Origin: an uncultured Methanosarcinales archaeon
GTDB taxonomy: Archaea; Nanobdellota; Nanobdellia; Woesearchaeales; JACPBV01
DNA: 62,993 bases
Assembly: GCA_964492935.1 (NCBI GenBank)
Contig: CAZBLF010000003.1
Coordinates: 1-62,993 of the forward strand
Direction: 5' to 3'
A program made the position numbers and the translations under genes. Below, piece by piece: positions 17,969 through 26,153 of this stretch. Every line of letters starts with the position of its first letter. Positions within the stretch are counted from its first letter, which is position 1. The notes below the pieces were generated by a model. That model was not told where the DNA came from. It saw only the letters and a list, made by a program, of their open reading frames with translations, and made no database searches.

Positions 17969-18757
17969 ATGAATAAAAAGATTATACAAGAAACATTAGC
18001 AAAACTCAAGAAGGAGTCTTCTAAGCGTAAATTTTCTCAGACTGTTGAATTAGTTGTAAATCTAAAAGGTCTTGATCTTAAGAAACCTGAGCATCAGGTG
18101 CATGCGTATGTGCAGTTGCATCACTCACGGGGTAAACCGGTTAAAGTGTGTGCGTTAGTGGGTCCTGAGTTGTTAGAACAGGCAAAAACTGATGTTGATG
18201 GGTATGTTGGCGTAGATGACTTTGGAAAGCACCAGGACAAGATGCTTGCAAAGAAACTTGCAAACAGCTATGATTATTTTGTTGCGCAGGCAACGATCAT
18301 GCCGAAGCTTGCTACTGCTTTTGGTAGAGTTTTCGGTCCTAAGGGAAAGATGCCTAATCCTAAGGCTGGCTGTGTAGTGCCGCCTAATGCTAATTTGAAG
18401 CAATTACATGAGAAATTACAGAAGACAGTGAAATTGCTTGCACTTACTGATCCTATCATCCACGTTGCTATTGGAACTGAGGAAATGGCGGATGACGCGG
18501 TTGTAGATAACATTCAGGTTGTTTATGATTGGTTGGTTCATCACCTGCCGCAGGGTAAAGATAACATTCGAAATGCTTTCATTAAGATGTCCATGACTAA
18601 GTCGTATTCCTTGGGTGGAAAGGATGAAGAGACATCTAAAAAAGATAAGAAATCTAAGAAGGTTGAAGTTAAAGAGGAAGCTCCTGAAGAGTCTGCTCCT
18701 GAAGAATCAAAGGAATCTACTGATGTTGTAGATGAAGTCGCGGAGGAAGAGGCTTAG
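17969..18757 (+). CDS. rpl1: Ribosomal protein uL1 with acidic/Lys-rich C-terminal extension
   Basis: 262 aa. The L1 core is followed by a 45-aa K/E/S-rich tail. First gene of an L1-P0-P1 cluster. Confidence 0.9.
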   Translation: MNKKIIQETLAKLKKESSKRKFSQTVELVVNLKGLDLKKPEHQVHAYVQLHHSRGKPVKVCALVGPELLEQAKTDVDGYVGVDDFGKHQDKMLAKKLANSYDYFVAQATIMPKLATAFGRVFGPKGKMPNPKAGCVVPPNANLKQLHEKLQKTVKLLALTDPIIHVAIGTEEMADDAVVDNIQVVYDWLVHHLPQGKDNIRNAFIKMSMTKSYSLGGKDEETSKKDKKSKKVEVKEEAPEESAPEESKESTDVVDEVAEEEA

Positions 18758-18761
18758 TACA

Positions 18762-20501
18762 ATGGGAGAAAAAACTCAGCACGTTGCCGATTATAAGAAG
18801 AAAGAGGTAGCTGAGCTTGTAAAGTTAATGGTTGAATCTCCGGTAATCGCAGCTGTTAACATGGATGGTTTGCCGGCTCCACCGTTACAGAAGATGCGAA
18901 GTCAGCTTCGTGATAAGATGACGCTTATTATGAACAAGCGTAGAATTTTTAATATTGCTATTGGTCAGGCAAAAGATAAAAGAAAGGGCATTGAGGAATT
19001 GAGTGCGTACCTCAAAGGAATGCCTGCTTTGATTTTCACTCAGGATAATCCATTTTCATTGTTTAAGGTCTTAAAGAAAAGTAAGAGTCCTGCTCCTGCA
19101 AAAGCTGGACAGGAGGCTCCCTTCGATATTGTTGTTCCGAAAGGACCTACTCCGTTTGCTCCTGGACCGGTTATCGGCGAATTAGGAGCTGCTGGTATCT
19201 CGGCAACGGTTGAGGACGGTAAGGTTGTTATTAAGGAAGATTCGGTTGCAGTTAAAGAAGGTGAAACTGTTGATCAGGCTACTGCTGAAATTCTTTCTCG
19301 TCTATCGGTTCATCCGATGGAGGTTGGGTTGAATATTACTGCTGTCTTAGAGGATGGACAGATTTTCACTCCTAAAGTTCTTGATATTGATGAGGATAAG
19401 TTCCTTGCCGATCTTAGCGGTGCAGCTGCAATGGCTTTCAATCTTGCTTGCGAGGCTGCGTACCCGGTTAAGGAAAACATTGAGCTGCTTATTGGAAAAG
19501 CATTCAAGGGTGCTAAGGCTGTTGCGATTGAGGGCGATATTTTGAGTCCTGATGTAATGGATGAACTGCTTGGCAAGGCTGAACGTGGCGCTCAGGGTGT
19601 AAAATCTGCTGGTAAGATTGAAGTTGGTGCAAAGGTTGCTGAAGAAAAGAAAGAAGAAGCTTCTGAAGAGCCTAAGGAAGAACCTAAGGAAGAGGAAAAG
19701 AAAGAAGATGCTTCTGAAGAGAAAAAGGAAGAGCCTAAGGTAGAAGAAAAGAAAGAAGAGCCTAAGGAAGAACCTGCTCCTGCTGAAGAAAAGAAAGAAG
19801 AAGCTCCTGCTGAAGAAAAGAAAGAGGAACCAAAGGTAGAAGAAGCAAAAGAGGAACCTGCTCCTGAACCGGAAGAACCCAACGAAGAGGAGAAGAAAGA
19901 GGAACCTGCTCCTGAACCTGAAGCTCCTAAAGAAGAAGAAAAGGTAGAAGAAGCAAAAGAAGAACCAACTCCTGAACCTGAAGCTCCTGCTGAACCCGAG
20001 GAACCTAAAGAGGAACCTAAGGTAGAAGAGAAAGTTGAAGAAGAAGTAAAAGAAGAACCTGAAGCTCCTAAAGAAGAGAAACCTGCCGCACAGAAAATCG
20101 AAGATTTTCCTACTTCAGAATCCAAAGATTCAGAAGCAACTGAAGATAAGGTTGCTGACATGGTGGAAAAGACTCAGAATTTTAACAAAGGTGACCGTCC
20201 TAGTGCCGACGATTTGCTCGGTGATGTTGATTCGGCTGAACCGGAAGAACCCAAAGAACCTGAAGCTCCTAAAGAAGAAGAAAAGGTAGAAGAACCTGCT
20301 CCTGCTGAACCTACAGAACCTGAAGCTCCTAAAGAGGAACCGGTAGAGGAAGTAAAAGAAGCAAGCGAACCTTCACCTACTGAGGAATTGGAAGCGAAGA
20401 AGGCTGAAAAGGAAAAGGAACTTGCAAAGGAAAAGGAAAAACATGATGAGGCTGAGCGATTGGCGGCTGATCTTGTTAAGAAGGGGACCTTACGAAAATG
20501 A
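18762..20501 (+). CDS. rplP0: Ribosomal stalk protein uL10 (P0) with a large E/K/P-rich C-terminal expansion
   Basis: N-terminal 300 aa are P0-like (MGEKTQHVADYKKKEVAEL..., PALIFT, GPVIGELGAAGI). About 280 aa of KEEP-type low complexity follow. Start is taken at ATG 18762, just after the L1 stop; the track ORF begins at 18732. Confidence 0.85.
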   Translation: MGEKTQHVADYKKKEVAELVKLMVESPVIAAVNMDGLPAPPLQKMRSQLRDKMTLIMNKRRIFNIAIGQAKDKRKGIEELSAYLKGMPALIFTQDNPFSLFKVLKKSKSPAPAKAGQEAPFDIVVPKGPTPFAPGPVIGELGAAGISATVEDGKVVIKEDSVAVKEGETVDQATAEILSRLSVHPMEVGLNITAVLEDGQIFTPKVLDIDEDKFLADLSGAAAMAFNLACEAAYPVKENIELLIGKAFKGAKAVAIEGDILSPDVMDELLGKAERGAQGVKSAGKIEVGAKVAEEKKEEASEEPKEEPKEEEKKEDASEEKKEEPKVEEKKEEPKEEPAPAEEKKEEAPAEEKKEEPKVEEAKEEPAPEPEEPNEEEKKEEPAPEPEAPKEEEKVEEAKEEPTPEPEAPAEPEEPKEEPKVEEKVEEEVKEEPEAPKEEKPAAQKIEDFPTSESKDSEATEDKVADMVEKTQNFNKGDRPSADDLLGDVDSAEPEEPKEPEAPKEEEKVEEPAPAEPTEPEAPKEEPVEEVKEASEPSPTEELEAKKAEKEKELAKEKEKHDEAERLAADLVKKGTLRK

Positions 20502-20544
20502 CACTCATACAATTTATTGTAAATAAGAATGAGGAGGTGTGAAC

Positions 20545-20865
20545 ATGGAATATATCTATGCAGCTATGTTGCTCCACAAGGCAGGAAAAGAAGTAACCGA
20601 AGACAGTGTTAAGAAAGTGTTAACAGGTGCAGGTGTCGAAGTCGACGAATCACGTGTTAAGGCATTACTAGCGTCACTAGAAGGCGTGAACATTGACGAG
20701 GCTATTGAAAAATCTGCTCAGGTAGCAACCGCGGCTCCCGCAGCGTCAACCGATGCACCAGCAGAAGCTGGAGAAGGCGACAAGAAGGACAGCGCAAAAG
20801 CTAAGGAAGAAGATAAGAAGAGTGAGGAACAAGCAGCAGCTGGACTTGGAGCCTTATTCGGCTAA
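20545..20865 (+). CDS. rpl12: Ribosomal stalk protein P1 (aL12)
   Basis: [17 protein letters not shown]... with an acidic linker and the conserved GLGALFG C-terminus. Confidence 0.9.
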   Translation: MEYIYAAMLLHKAGKEVTEDSVKKVLTGAGVEVDESRVKALLASLEGVNIDEAIEKSAQVATAAPAASTDAPAEAGEGDKKDSAKAKEEDKKSEEQAAAGLGALFG

Positions 20866-20889
20866 TTTTTTTCTTTTTTTTCTTTTTTT
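20866..20889 (+). terminator. Oligo-T tract after the L1-P0-P1 cluster
   Basis: TTTTTTTCTTTTTTTTCTTTTTTT lies immediately after the P1 stop codon. Archaeal terminators are oligo-T runs. Confidence 0.6.
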
Positions 20890-20909
20890 GTCCAGCATGA
20901 ACTTTTTGT

Positions 20910-21791
20910 ATGAAAGAAACATCGCCCAAGCCTAAAACGGATACGCATACGGTAGGTGGTGGTGTGGAAGGATTACTCGCACAATTAAAAACGGCATTCC
21001 AGGAGAAAGAGGAATGGTTTTCTAAGAAAGAAGAATTGAAGAAGCAAATTCATGAGAAAGCAGCTGGTTTGAAGACGTTACGGTCGGAAAGAGACTCATA
21101 TAACAGTTCTATTAAGGATGCTAAGATTAAGCGCAAAGAGGCGCATAAGGTCGTTAAAGAGGATACTTCTACGGTAGAGCAGTTGAAACAGGAACAGGAG
21201 CACTATACTGCTAAACAGCGGGTTACGGGTTCTCCTGTAGTGCTACGGAAACGCATCGATCAGCTCGAAATCAAGGTAGAAACTGAGGCTATGTCCTTTG
21301 ATAAGGAAAAGGGGCTGATGAAGGAGATTAATCGACTGCGCAAGCAGTTACATGCAGCGGCTTCGGTGAGAGCGTTGACGGGGCATACTCGACATGCAAC
21401 GAAAGAGATGCACAGTAGCAAGAGAAAGGCTGATTCGCTCCACAAGAAGATTCAATCCTCTGCTCGAAAGAGTCAGGCGAGACACGTTAAATTGATTGCC
21501 TCGTTTAAGGAGATTCGGAAGTTAGAGAAAGAGCAGGAGGCTGCTTTTAACAAATTTGTAGCTGGCAAGCGGAAATGTCAGGAATTGCAAAAGGAAATTT
21601 CTAAGGCTCAGGCGGTACGGAGAAAGGTTCGGAAGGGTGAGCAAGACAAGAAGCGACAGGGTCAGGATCGTAAGCAGAGTCGTGATCAGTCGTTGCTGGC
21701 AGAGAAGGCTAAAGTTATTGAGCAGAAAATTAAATCTAAGGGCAAATTGACTACGGAAGATTTGTTGGTATTACAAGGTCTTAAGAAATAA
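20910..21791 (+). CDS. K/E/Q-rich predicted coiled-coil protein
   Basis: 293 aa. Heptad-like charged sequence throughout, with no catalytic motif. Confidence 0.5.
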   Translation: MKETSPKPKTDTHTVGGGVEGLLAQLKTAFQEKEEWFSKKEELKKQIHEKAAGLKTLRSERDSYNSSIKDAKIKRKEAHKVVKEDTSTVEQLKQEQEHYTAKQRVTGSPVVLRKRIDQLEIKVETEAMSFDKEKGLMKEINRLRKQLHAAASVRALTGHTRHATKEMHSSKRKADSLHKKIQSSARKSQARHVKLIASFKEIRKLEKEQEAAFNKFVAGKRKCQELQKEISKAQAVRRKVRKGEQDKKRQGQDRKQSRDQSLLAEKAKVIEQKIKSKGKLTTEDLLVLQGLKK

Positions 21792-21792
21792 G

Positions 21793-22236
21793 TTATTCTT
21801 TCTTTTCTTCTTCTTTAGTAGGTTCTTCTTTCTTCTCTTCCTTAGGAGCTTCTTTCTTGGATTCTTCTTTTGCTTCTTCAGCAGGTGCTTCCTTTGGAGT
21901 GTCGGCAGGTTTTTCTTCTGCTTTAGCATCTGCTTTTGGAGCTTCCTTAGCGGCTTCTCCTTCTTTTGGAGCTTCCTTCTTAGGCTGCGGTTCTACGCGG
22001 TCAAGATCTGCTTTAGATTTGTAGATAGTTGCATGAGCTGCTGCGGAACCTTCACCGAATGCATTGTAGATGCTGTTGATAATGATGGTGTCTTCAGAGG
22101 CTTTTTCGCTTTTGGCGATTTCTTTTTTGAGGTCCTCTTTACTGGGAGTGGTATCGCCAATAAATGAGAGCTTAAGATCGATTTCGGTTCTCGAAAGCGT
22201 TGGATTTTCCTTTTTTTCTGTAATTGTGATGTCCAT
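21793..22236 (-). CDS. rps24e: Ribosomal protein eS24 with E/K/A/P-rich C-terminal extension
   Basis: MDITITEKKENPTLSRTEIDLKL...IYNAFGEGSAAAHATIYKS core, then a 55-aa low-complexity tail. Confidence 0.85.
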   Translation of the reverse strand: MDITITEKKENPTLSRTEIDLKLSFIGDTTPSKEDLKKEIAKSEKASEDTIIINSIYNAFGEGSAAAHATIYKSKADLDRVEPQPKKEAPKEGEAAKEAPKADAKAEEKPADTPKEAPAEEAKEESKKEAPKEEKKEEPTKEEEKKE

Positions 22237-22237
22237 G

Positions 22238-22786
22238 TTATTTCTTCTCTTCTTCCTTTATTTCATTTGCCCACTCAAGCTTCCCTAGGCCATTTTGGCG
22301 CATGGTTAATCCTAGCTTGGGGTTGGTGATGTCTTTGAATGAAACAGCGATAATGCGTGCTTTGCAGTTGTCTCCGATTTTTAGACTGCGGTTTGATTCT
22401 TTCCCCGTAAGTACTTTTTCCTTACTGAAACTTACGAAATCGTCCATGGTCTGAGAAACGTGAATCATTCCGTCAATCGGTCCGATATTGATGAATGCAC
22501 CGAAATCAGCAATGTCTTTGATACGTCCGAATACGATTTCTTGCATTTCGGGTTTAAATGTAATTAATTCAAATTCACTATTGTAGTAGGATGCTCCGTC
22601 TCCGGGAATGATGATGCCTTCGCCAACATCTTTTACATCGGTTACATCGATTACGATGCCCATTTCCTTTGAAATAAACCCTTCGTACTTGTGTTTGATA
22701 CGTTTTACGATAGCTTCATTCAGGTTCAGATTGAAGAGATCTGGTGGGATGCGGATGTGGTCTTTTACTTTTACTTTGTAGAACAT
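22238..22786 (-). CDS. rpoE: RNA polymerase subunit Rpo7 (E')
   Basis: 182 aa. MFYKVKVKDHIRIPPDLF N-domain plus a C-terminal S1 fold (GRIKDIADFGAFINIGPIDGMIHVSQ). Confidence 0.85.
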   Translation of the reverse strand: MFYKVKVKDHIRIPPDLFNLNLNEAIVKRIKHKYEGFISKEMGIVIDVTDVKDVGEGIIIPGDGASYYNSEFELITFKPEMQEIVFGRIKDIADFGAFINIGPIDGMIHVSQTMDDFVSFSKEKVLTGKESNRSLKIGDNCKARIIAVSFKDITNPKLGLTMRQNGLGKLEWANEIKEEEKK

Positions 22787-22845
22787 TTATATTTCCTCAG
22801 TACTGATTAATACCTAAAGAATTGTTAATCGTTTTTTAAACCTTT

Positions 22846-23550
22846 CTATTGTGGGACGAGGTGTTCAGGCGGAACGACGTCTTCGTCCTTTACTCTGTTA
22901 AATCTTACTTCACTGAAGCTGTGAATGGTTTTATCGTCTACTTTTACATTGTAAATAAAACCGTAGTTTTGGTCCATAATAACCTCGCCGATGTCGGTGT
23001 AGAGTAAGACGCTTTCTTTTCCCTTGTAATCAGATTCACTCTTTAACGTTGCTGTGCTGATTTTTGCCTCCCAGTCGAAGGGAGTTTCGATGTAGACGCT
23101 ATCATAGATGAGATCTTCCATTTTACCCGTTTCTCTTCCACATCGGGAGTAGGTGACGCAGTATTTTTCAGCTGTTTTGAGCTCGGTGTCTAGATATATT
23201 GTTGTTATCTCGGAAACGGGTTCGATTTTTATTTTATTTTCGATTACGTAGATTTTGTAAAAATTGTTCGTGGCAGGATCTTTGTAGGTGTATTCATAGT
23301 TTCTTACTTTTTCGGACTTGTCGAAGATTGCTTGTACACCAGCAGGAAAAGTTGAGGTTTCTTCAACGGTCTCTTCTATAGGTTCTTCAACGATGGGCTC
23401 TTCAATAATCGGTTCCTCGATCTCTACAGGTTCTTCAATGATAATCTCCTCAGTAGTTTCTTCTGAGATTTCTAAGACCGGATCTTCGATAATTACGGAT
23501 TGGCATCCGATTAGGAGGAGTACCGATAGAATTACGAGAATGTTTTTCAT
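22846..23550 (-). CDS. Putative lipoprotein, unknown function
   Basis: 234 aa. LLLIGCQS lipobox-like site and an EEPI/EEPV repeat linker. Confidence 0.5.
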   Translation of the reverse strand: MKNILVILSVLLLIGCQSVIIEDPVLEISEETTEEIIIEEPVEIEEPIIEEPIVEEPIEETVEETSTFPAGVQAIFDKSEKVRNYEYTYKDPATNNFYKIYVIENKIKIEPVSEITTIYLDTELKTAEKYCVTYSRCGRETGKMEDLIYDSVYIETPFDWEAKISTATLKSESDYKGKESVLLYTDIGEVIMDQNYGFIYNVKVDDKTIHSFSEVRFNRVKDEDVVPPEHLVPQ

Positions 23551-23594
23551 GTCTTTTTTTTGATGGGTGAGTATTTAAATGTTTGGATGAGATG

Positions 23595-23727
23595 TATGTG
23601 CATAGCATCACCAGGTCGAAATTCATTGATACCTCAGAATTAAGTGCGTTGCGCGGGGTTGCCCCATCCGGGGACGCAGCACCTTCAGAAGTCAAGAGCA
23701 AGAATTTCGAAGGTGCTATGCACATAC
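23595..23727. mobile_element. Family-A element A2: MITE-like 133-nt palindromic insert with terminal inverted repeats and target-site duplication
   Basis: 14-bp perfect terminal inverted repeat GTATGTGCATAGCA (23594-23607 versus reverse complement of 23714-23727). It is flanked by the direct repeat GATGAGATG (23586-23594 and 23728-23736). The interior is homologous to A1, A3 and A4. Confidence 0.8.
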
Positions 23728-23782
23728 GATGAGATGGAAGGGGCTGAGAAACTATATAAAGGAGGAACTCTCCGTAGGTGAT

Positions 23783-24313
23783 ATGATTATCACTATTAGT
23801 GGGATTGCCGGAAGCGGAAAATCTTCAGTGGCGAAGAAGCTAGCTCAGAAATTAACGTATGCCCATTATTCTGTTGGTGATTTAATGCGAGCGATGGCGA
23901 AGGAGCGAGGTGTCAGTTTGTTGGAACTCGGAAAGTTAGCTGAGAAGGATAAAGCAATCGACCTTGAGCTTGACGAGCGGCAGAAGGCTCTCGGTAAAAA
24001 AGATGATTTTGTTATTGATTCTCGTCTCGGATTTCATTTTTTGAAACAGTCCTTTAAGGTGTTTTTGCAGGTCGAGTTAGAGGTTGCGGCGGATCGTATT
24101 TTGAAGGAAAAACGAGCGCACGAATCGTATGCTGATTTGGCGGATTCGGTTGCGAGTATTAAGAAACGAATAGCATCCGAGGATAAGCGGTATTCTTCTT
24201 ATTACAAGATTGATTATCAAGATAAAACGCACTATGATTTGGTGGTGGATACTACTGATTTGACGGTGGCACAGGTTGTTGGGAAGATTGTAGATGCGGT
24301 AGAGAAGCGTTAA
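23783..24313 (+). CDS. cmk: Cytidylate kinase (archaeal type)
   Basis: MIITISGIAGSGKSSVAKKLA P-loop, length about 176 aa. Start is taken at 23783, which has a TATA box (CTATATAAAG) 23-32 nt upstream. The track start at 23729 lies in the duplicated target of element A2. Confidence 0.75.
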   Translation: MIITISGIAGSGKSSVAKKLAQKLTYAHYSVGDLMRAMAKERGVSLLELGKLAEKDKAIDLELDERQKALGKKDDFVIDSRLGFHFLKQSFKVFLQVELEVAADRILKEKRAHESYADLADSVASIKKRIASEDKRYSSYYKIDYQDKTHYDLVVDTTDLTVAQVVGKIVDAVEKR

Positions 24314-24344
24314 TTTTAAATAGGTGTGCAGATGATTTTTTCTT

Positions 24345-25031
24345 ATGAAATTGCATGTACTTGTGTTGCTCGTTGGCATTTTGGTGTTAGCAGGATGTCA
24401 GGATAGTCATCCGTGTAATGATGAGGTTGATCGTGGCAACAGAGACGATTGTTTTTTCGAAGCGGCACAGGAGGGATTGAATACTACTCTCTGTGGAAAG
24501 ATTAAGAATGATGAATGGGAGCAGTCGTGTTTAGCAGATATTGCTGTGGCTAACAATGATTTGGCTGCATGTACTCTGATTAAGGGACCGGCTCAGGATT
24601 ATTGTGTGGCTAAGGTTGCTATTGCTTCGGATGATTTCACGATATGTAATGATATCGAGCAGGTGTATTGGTCAGATATTTGTAATAAGGATATCGCGTT
24701 GCAGAGTAACGATAGTACGAGCTGTGTAAAGATTTCGACGATGGAGGCGCAGGACAGCTGTTACCGAACGGTGGCTCAATCGGTCAACGATGGGCGGTTG
24801 TGTGATTTTGTTACCGATGATTTCCAAGGCGATTATTGTAAGAGAACGATTGCCATTGCAACAGGCAATACTAGTTTATGTGAGGATACGGTAGATATTT
24901 TGGTTGGAGATGTGTGTTTGTTGAAAATTGCTATCGAAAAGCAGGATTTTGATATTTGTGGAGATATTTCTTATCTCACGGTACGACGTGATTGTGCAAG
25001 AAGAGTTAATGAATCTATTTTTAAGAGTTAA
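24345..25031 (+). CDS. Putative lipoprotein with repeated Cys-containing motifs
   Basis: 228 aa. VLAGCQDS lipobox-like site. There are about 8 repeats of a C-x-D/N...C pattern, about 25 aa each. Confidence 0.5.
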   Translation: MKLHVLVLLVGILVLAGCQDSHPCNDEVDRGNRDDCFFEAAQEGLNTTLCGKIKNDEWEQSCLADIAVANNDLAACTLIKGPAQDYCVAKVAIASDDFTICNDIEQVYWSDICNKDIALQSNDSTSCVKISTMEAQDSCYRTVAQSVNDGRLCDFVTDDFQGDYCKRTIAIATGNTSLCEDTVDILVGDVCLLKIAIEKQDFDICGDISYLTVRRDCARRVNESIFKS

Positions 25032-25044
25032 TTTTTTAAGAATT

Positions 25045-25145
25045 AAGCACCTTCGAAATCCTGCTTCAGTTTCCGAGGGCTCTTTGGCCCGGATGGCGCT
25101 ACCCCCACGACGAGCCTGGATTAAGTAATGAATTATTTCGACTTG
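25045..25145. repeat. Family-A repeat, truncated copy (A3)
   Basis: AGCACCTTCGAAATCCTGCTTCAG...CCCGGATGGCGCTACCCCCACGACG...AATTATTTCGAC aligns with A2 and A4. It lacks the outer inverted repeats. Confidence 0.7.
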
Positions 25146-25186
25146 ATTTAGAATGAATTATTTCTGATTTAGAATGAATTATTTCT
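25145..25186. repeat. Two tandem 21-nt units derived from the right arm of A3
   Basis: GATTTAGAATGAATTATTTCT occurs twice (25145-25165, 25166-25186). A third AATGAATTATTTC lies at 25127-25139. The last copy contains the rpl37e stop codon. Confidence 0.75.
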
Positions 25187-25343
25187 TTTTGTTCCAATTG
25201 TAGGAGCGTAGTTTTGCAGACTTGCCGTAGGCGCATGAAGCACAAGCGTCTTTTCTGAGGCTATAGGTTCTTTTTCCGCATCTTCTGCAGGCTATCATGT
25301 TCTTCTTGCCTGATTTTTTCCCGATAGATGCTGATCCTTTCAT
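25179..25343 (-). CDS. rpl37e: Ribosomal protein eL37 (not in the ORF track, 54 aa)
   Basis: Hand translation: MKGSASIGKKSGKKNMIACRRCGKRTYSLRKDACASCAYGKSAKLRSYNWNKKK. It has the CxxC...CxxC zinc ribbon typical of L37e. The gene lies directly downstream of the Sm gene, as in many archaea. Confidence 0.85.
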   Translation of the reverse strand: MKGSASIGKKSGKKNMIACRRCGKRTYSLRKDACASCAYGKSAKLRSYNWNKKK

Positions 25344-25353
25344 GAGAATTCAC

Positions 25354-25578
25354 TTATTCCGGAGAGATAATGATGATGGTATCTCCTCTAATGAATACGA
25401 CTCCTAATTTTCTTTTTACGTTGCCGCCTTCTAACTCTTCAGCGTTTTCTAGGACAACATTGATATGAATATCAAATGATTTTAAATTTCCGGTGAATTG
25501 TTTCCCATCTTTAAGGTCAACAATTACTCTCTTGTCACGTGCTTTGTTTAATGCGTCTAGTGGTCTTGAAACTTCCAT
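25354..25578 (-). CDS. Sm-like archaeal protein (SmAP/LSm)
   Basis: 74 aa. Sm1/Sm2 pattern: VIVDLKDGKQFTGNLKSFDIHINVVLENAEE...VVFIRGDTIIIIS. Confidence 0.85.
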   Translation of the reverse strand: MEVSRPLDALNKARDKRVIVDLKDGKQFTGNLKSFDIHINVVLENAEELEGGNVKRKLGVVFIRGDTIIIISPE

Positions 25579-25696
25579 ATTCTTACACCCCCGGTGTTAC
25601 TTTTAGAGGTGGCGGGTTCATTTATAAATGTTTCCATGGCTTTTAGGTATGGGGTTTTTGTGGGGGAAATGAGTGTAAATGCGTGTATAGGAAACC

Positions 25697-25704
25697 TTTA
25701 TAAA
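25697..25704 (+). promoter_or_regulatory. TATA box for rps8e
   Basis: TTTATAAA, ending 23 nt before ATG 25727 (leaderless spacing). Confidence 0.55.
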
Positions 25705-25726
25705 TCGATGATTACTCCTGGAGCGT

Positions 25727-26104
25727 ATGGTTATTTTTCAAGGTAAACCTAAGAGAAGTGCTCGTGGTTCTCGTTATAAGAAATCACGTGGTAAGAGACA
25801 GTTTGAATTAGGTAGGGCTCCCGCTTTGACTACTATTGCTAAGAAGCGTGTTAAGAACATCAGAATGATGGGCAACCACACCAAGATTCGGTTGCTTTCT
25901 TTAGATACTGCAAATGTTGTTGATCCTAAAACGAAGAAATTTACCTCAACTCCCATTAAAAGTACTTCAGCTAACGCTGCTAGTCGTCATTTCGCTCGAA
26001 GAAGTATTTTGACCAAAGGTTCTATCATTGAAACTGATTTGGGAAAGGCGAAAATTACCTCACGTCCGGGTCAGGATGGCGTTATTAATGCTGTTTTAGT
26101 TTAG
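25727..26104 (+). CDS. rps8e: Ribosomal protein eS8
   Basis: 125 aa. The GKPKRSARGSRYKKSRGKR N-terminus and the length are typical of archaeal S8e. Confidence 0.85.
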   Translation: MVIFQGKPKRSARGSRYKKSRGKRQFELGRAPALTTIAKKRVKNIRMMGNHTKIRLLSLDTANVVDPKTKKFTSTPIKSTSANAASRHFARRSILTKGSIIETDLGKAKITSRPGQDGVINAVLV

Positions 26105-26153
26105 AAGTTCTTCAATCGAAATAATTATATATCCATAGGTTCTTGATAGAGTT

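Noticed and set aside
18732-18761. Upstream start of the P0 ORF (MKSRRKRLST...) and similar long N-terminal extensions at 23729, 28276 and 41785
   Set aside because: The extensions overlap the preceding gene or a repeat element. Conserved N-termini begin at the internal Met, and TATA spacing favours the shorter forms.
19592-20512. Long antisense ORFs (189 aa and 112 aa, S/G/F-rich) opposite the P0 gene
   Set aside because: They are reverse-complement shadows of the GAA/AAG-rich low-complexity region. P0 on the plus strand has clear homology and operon context.
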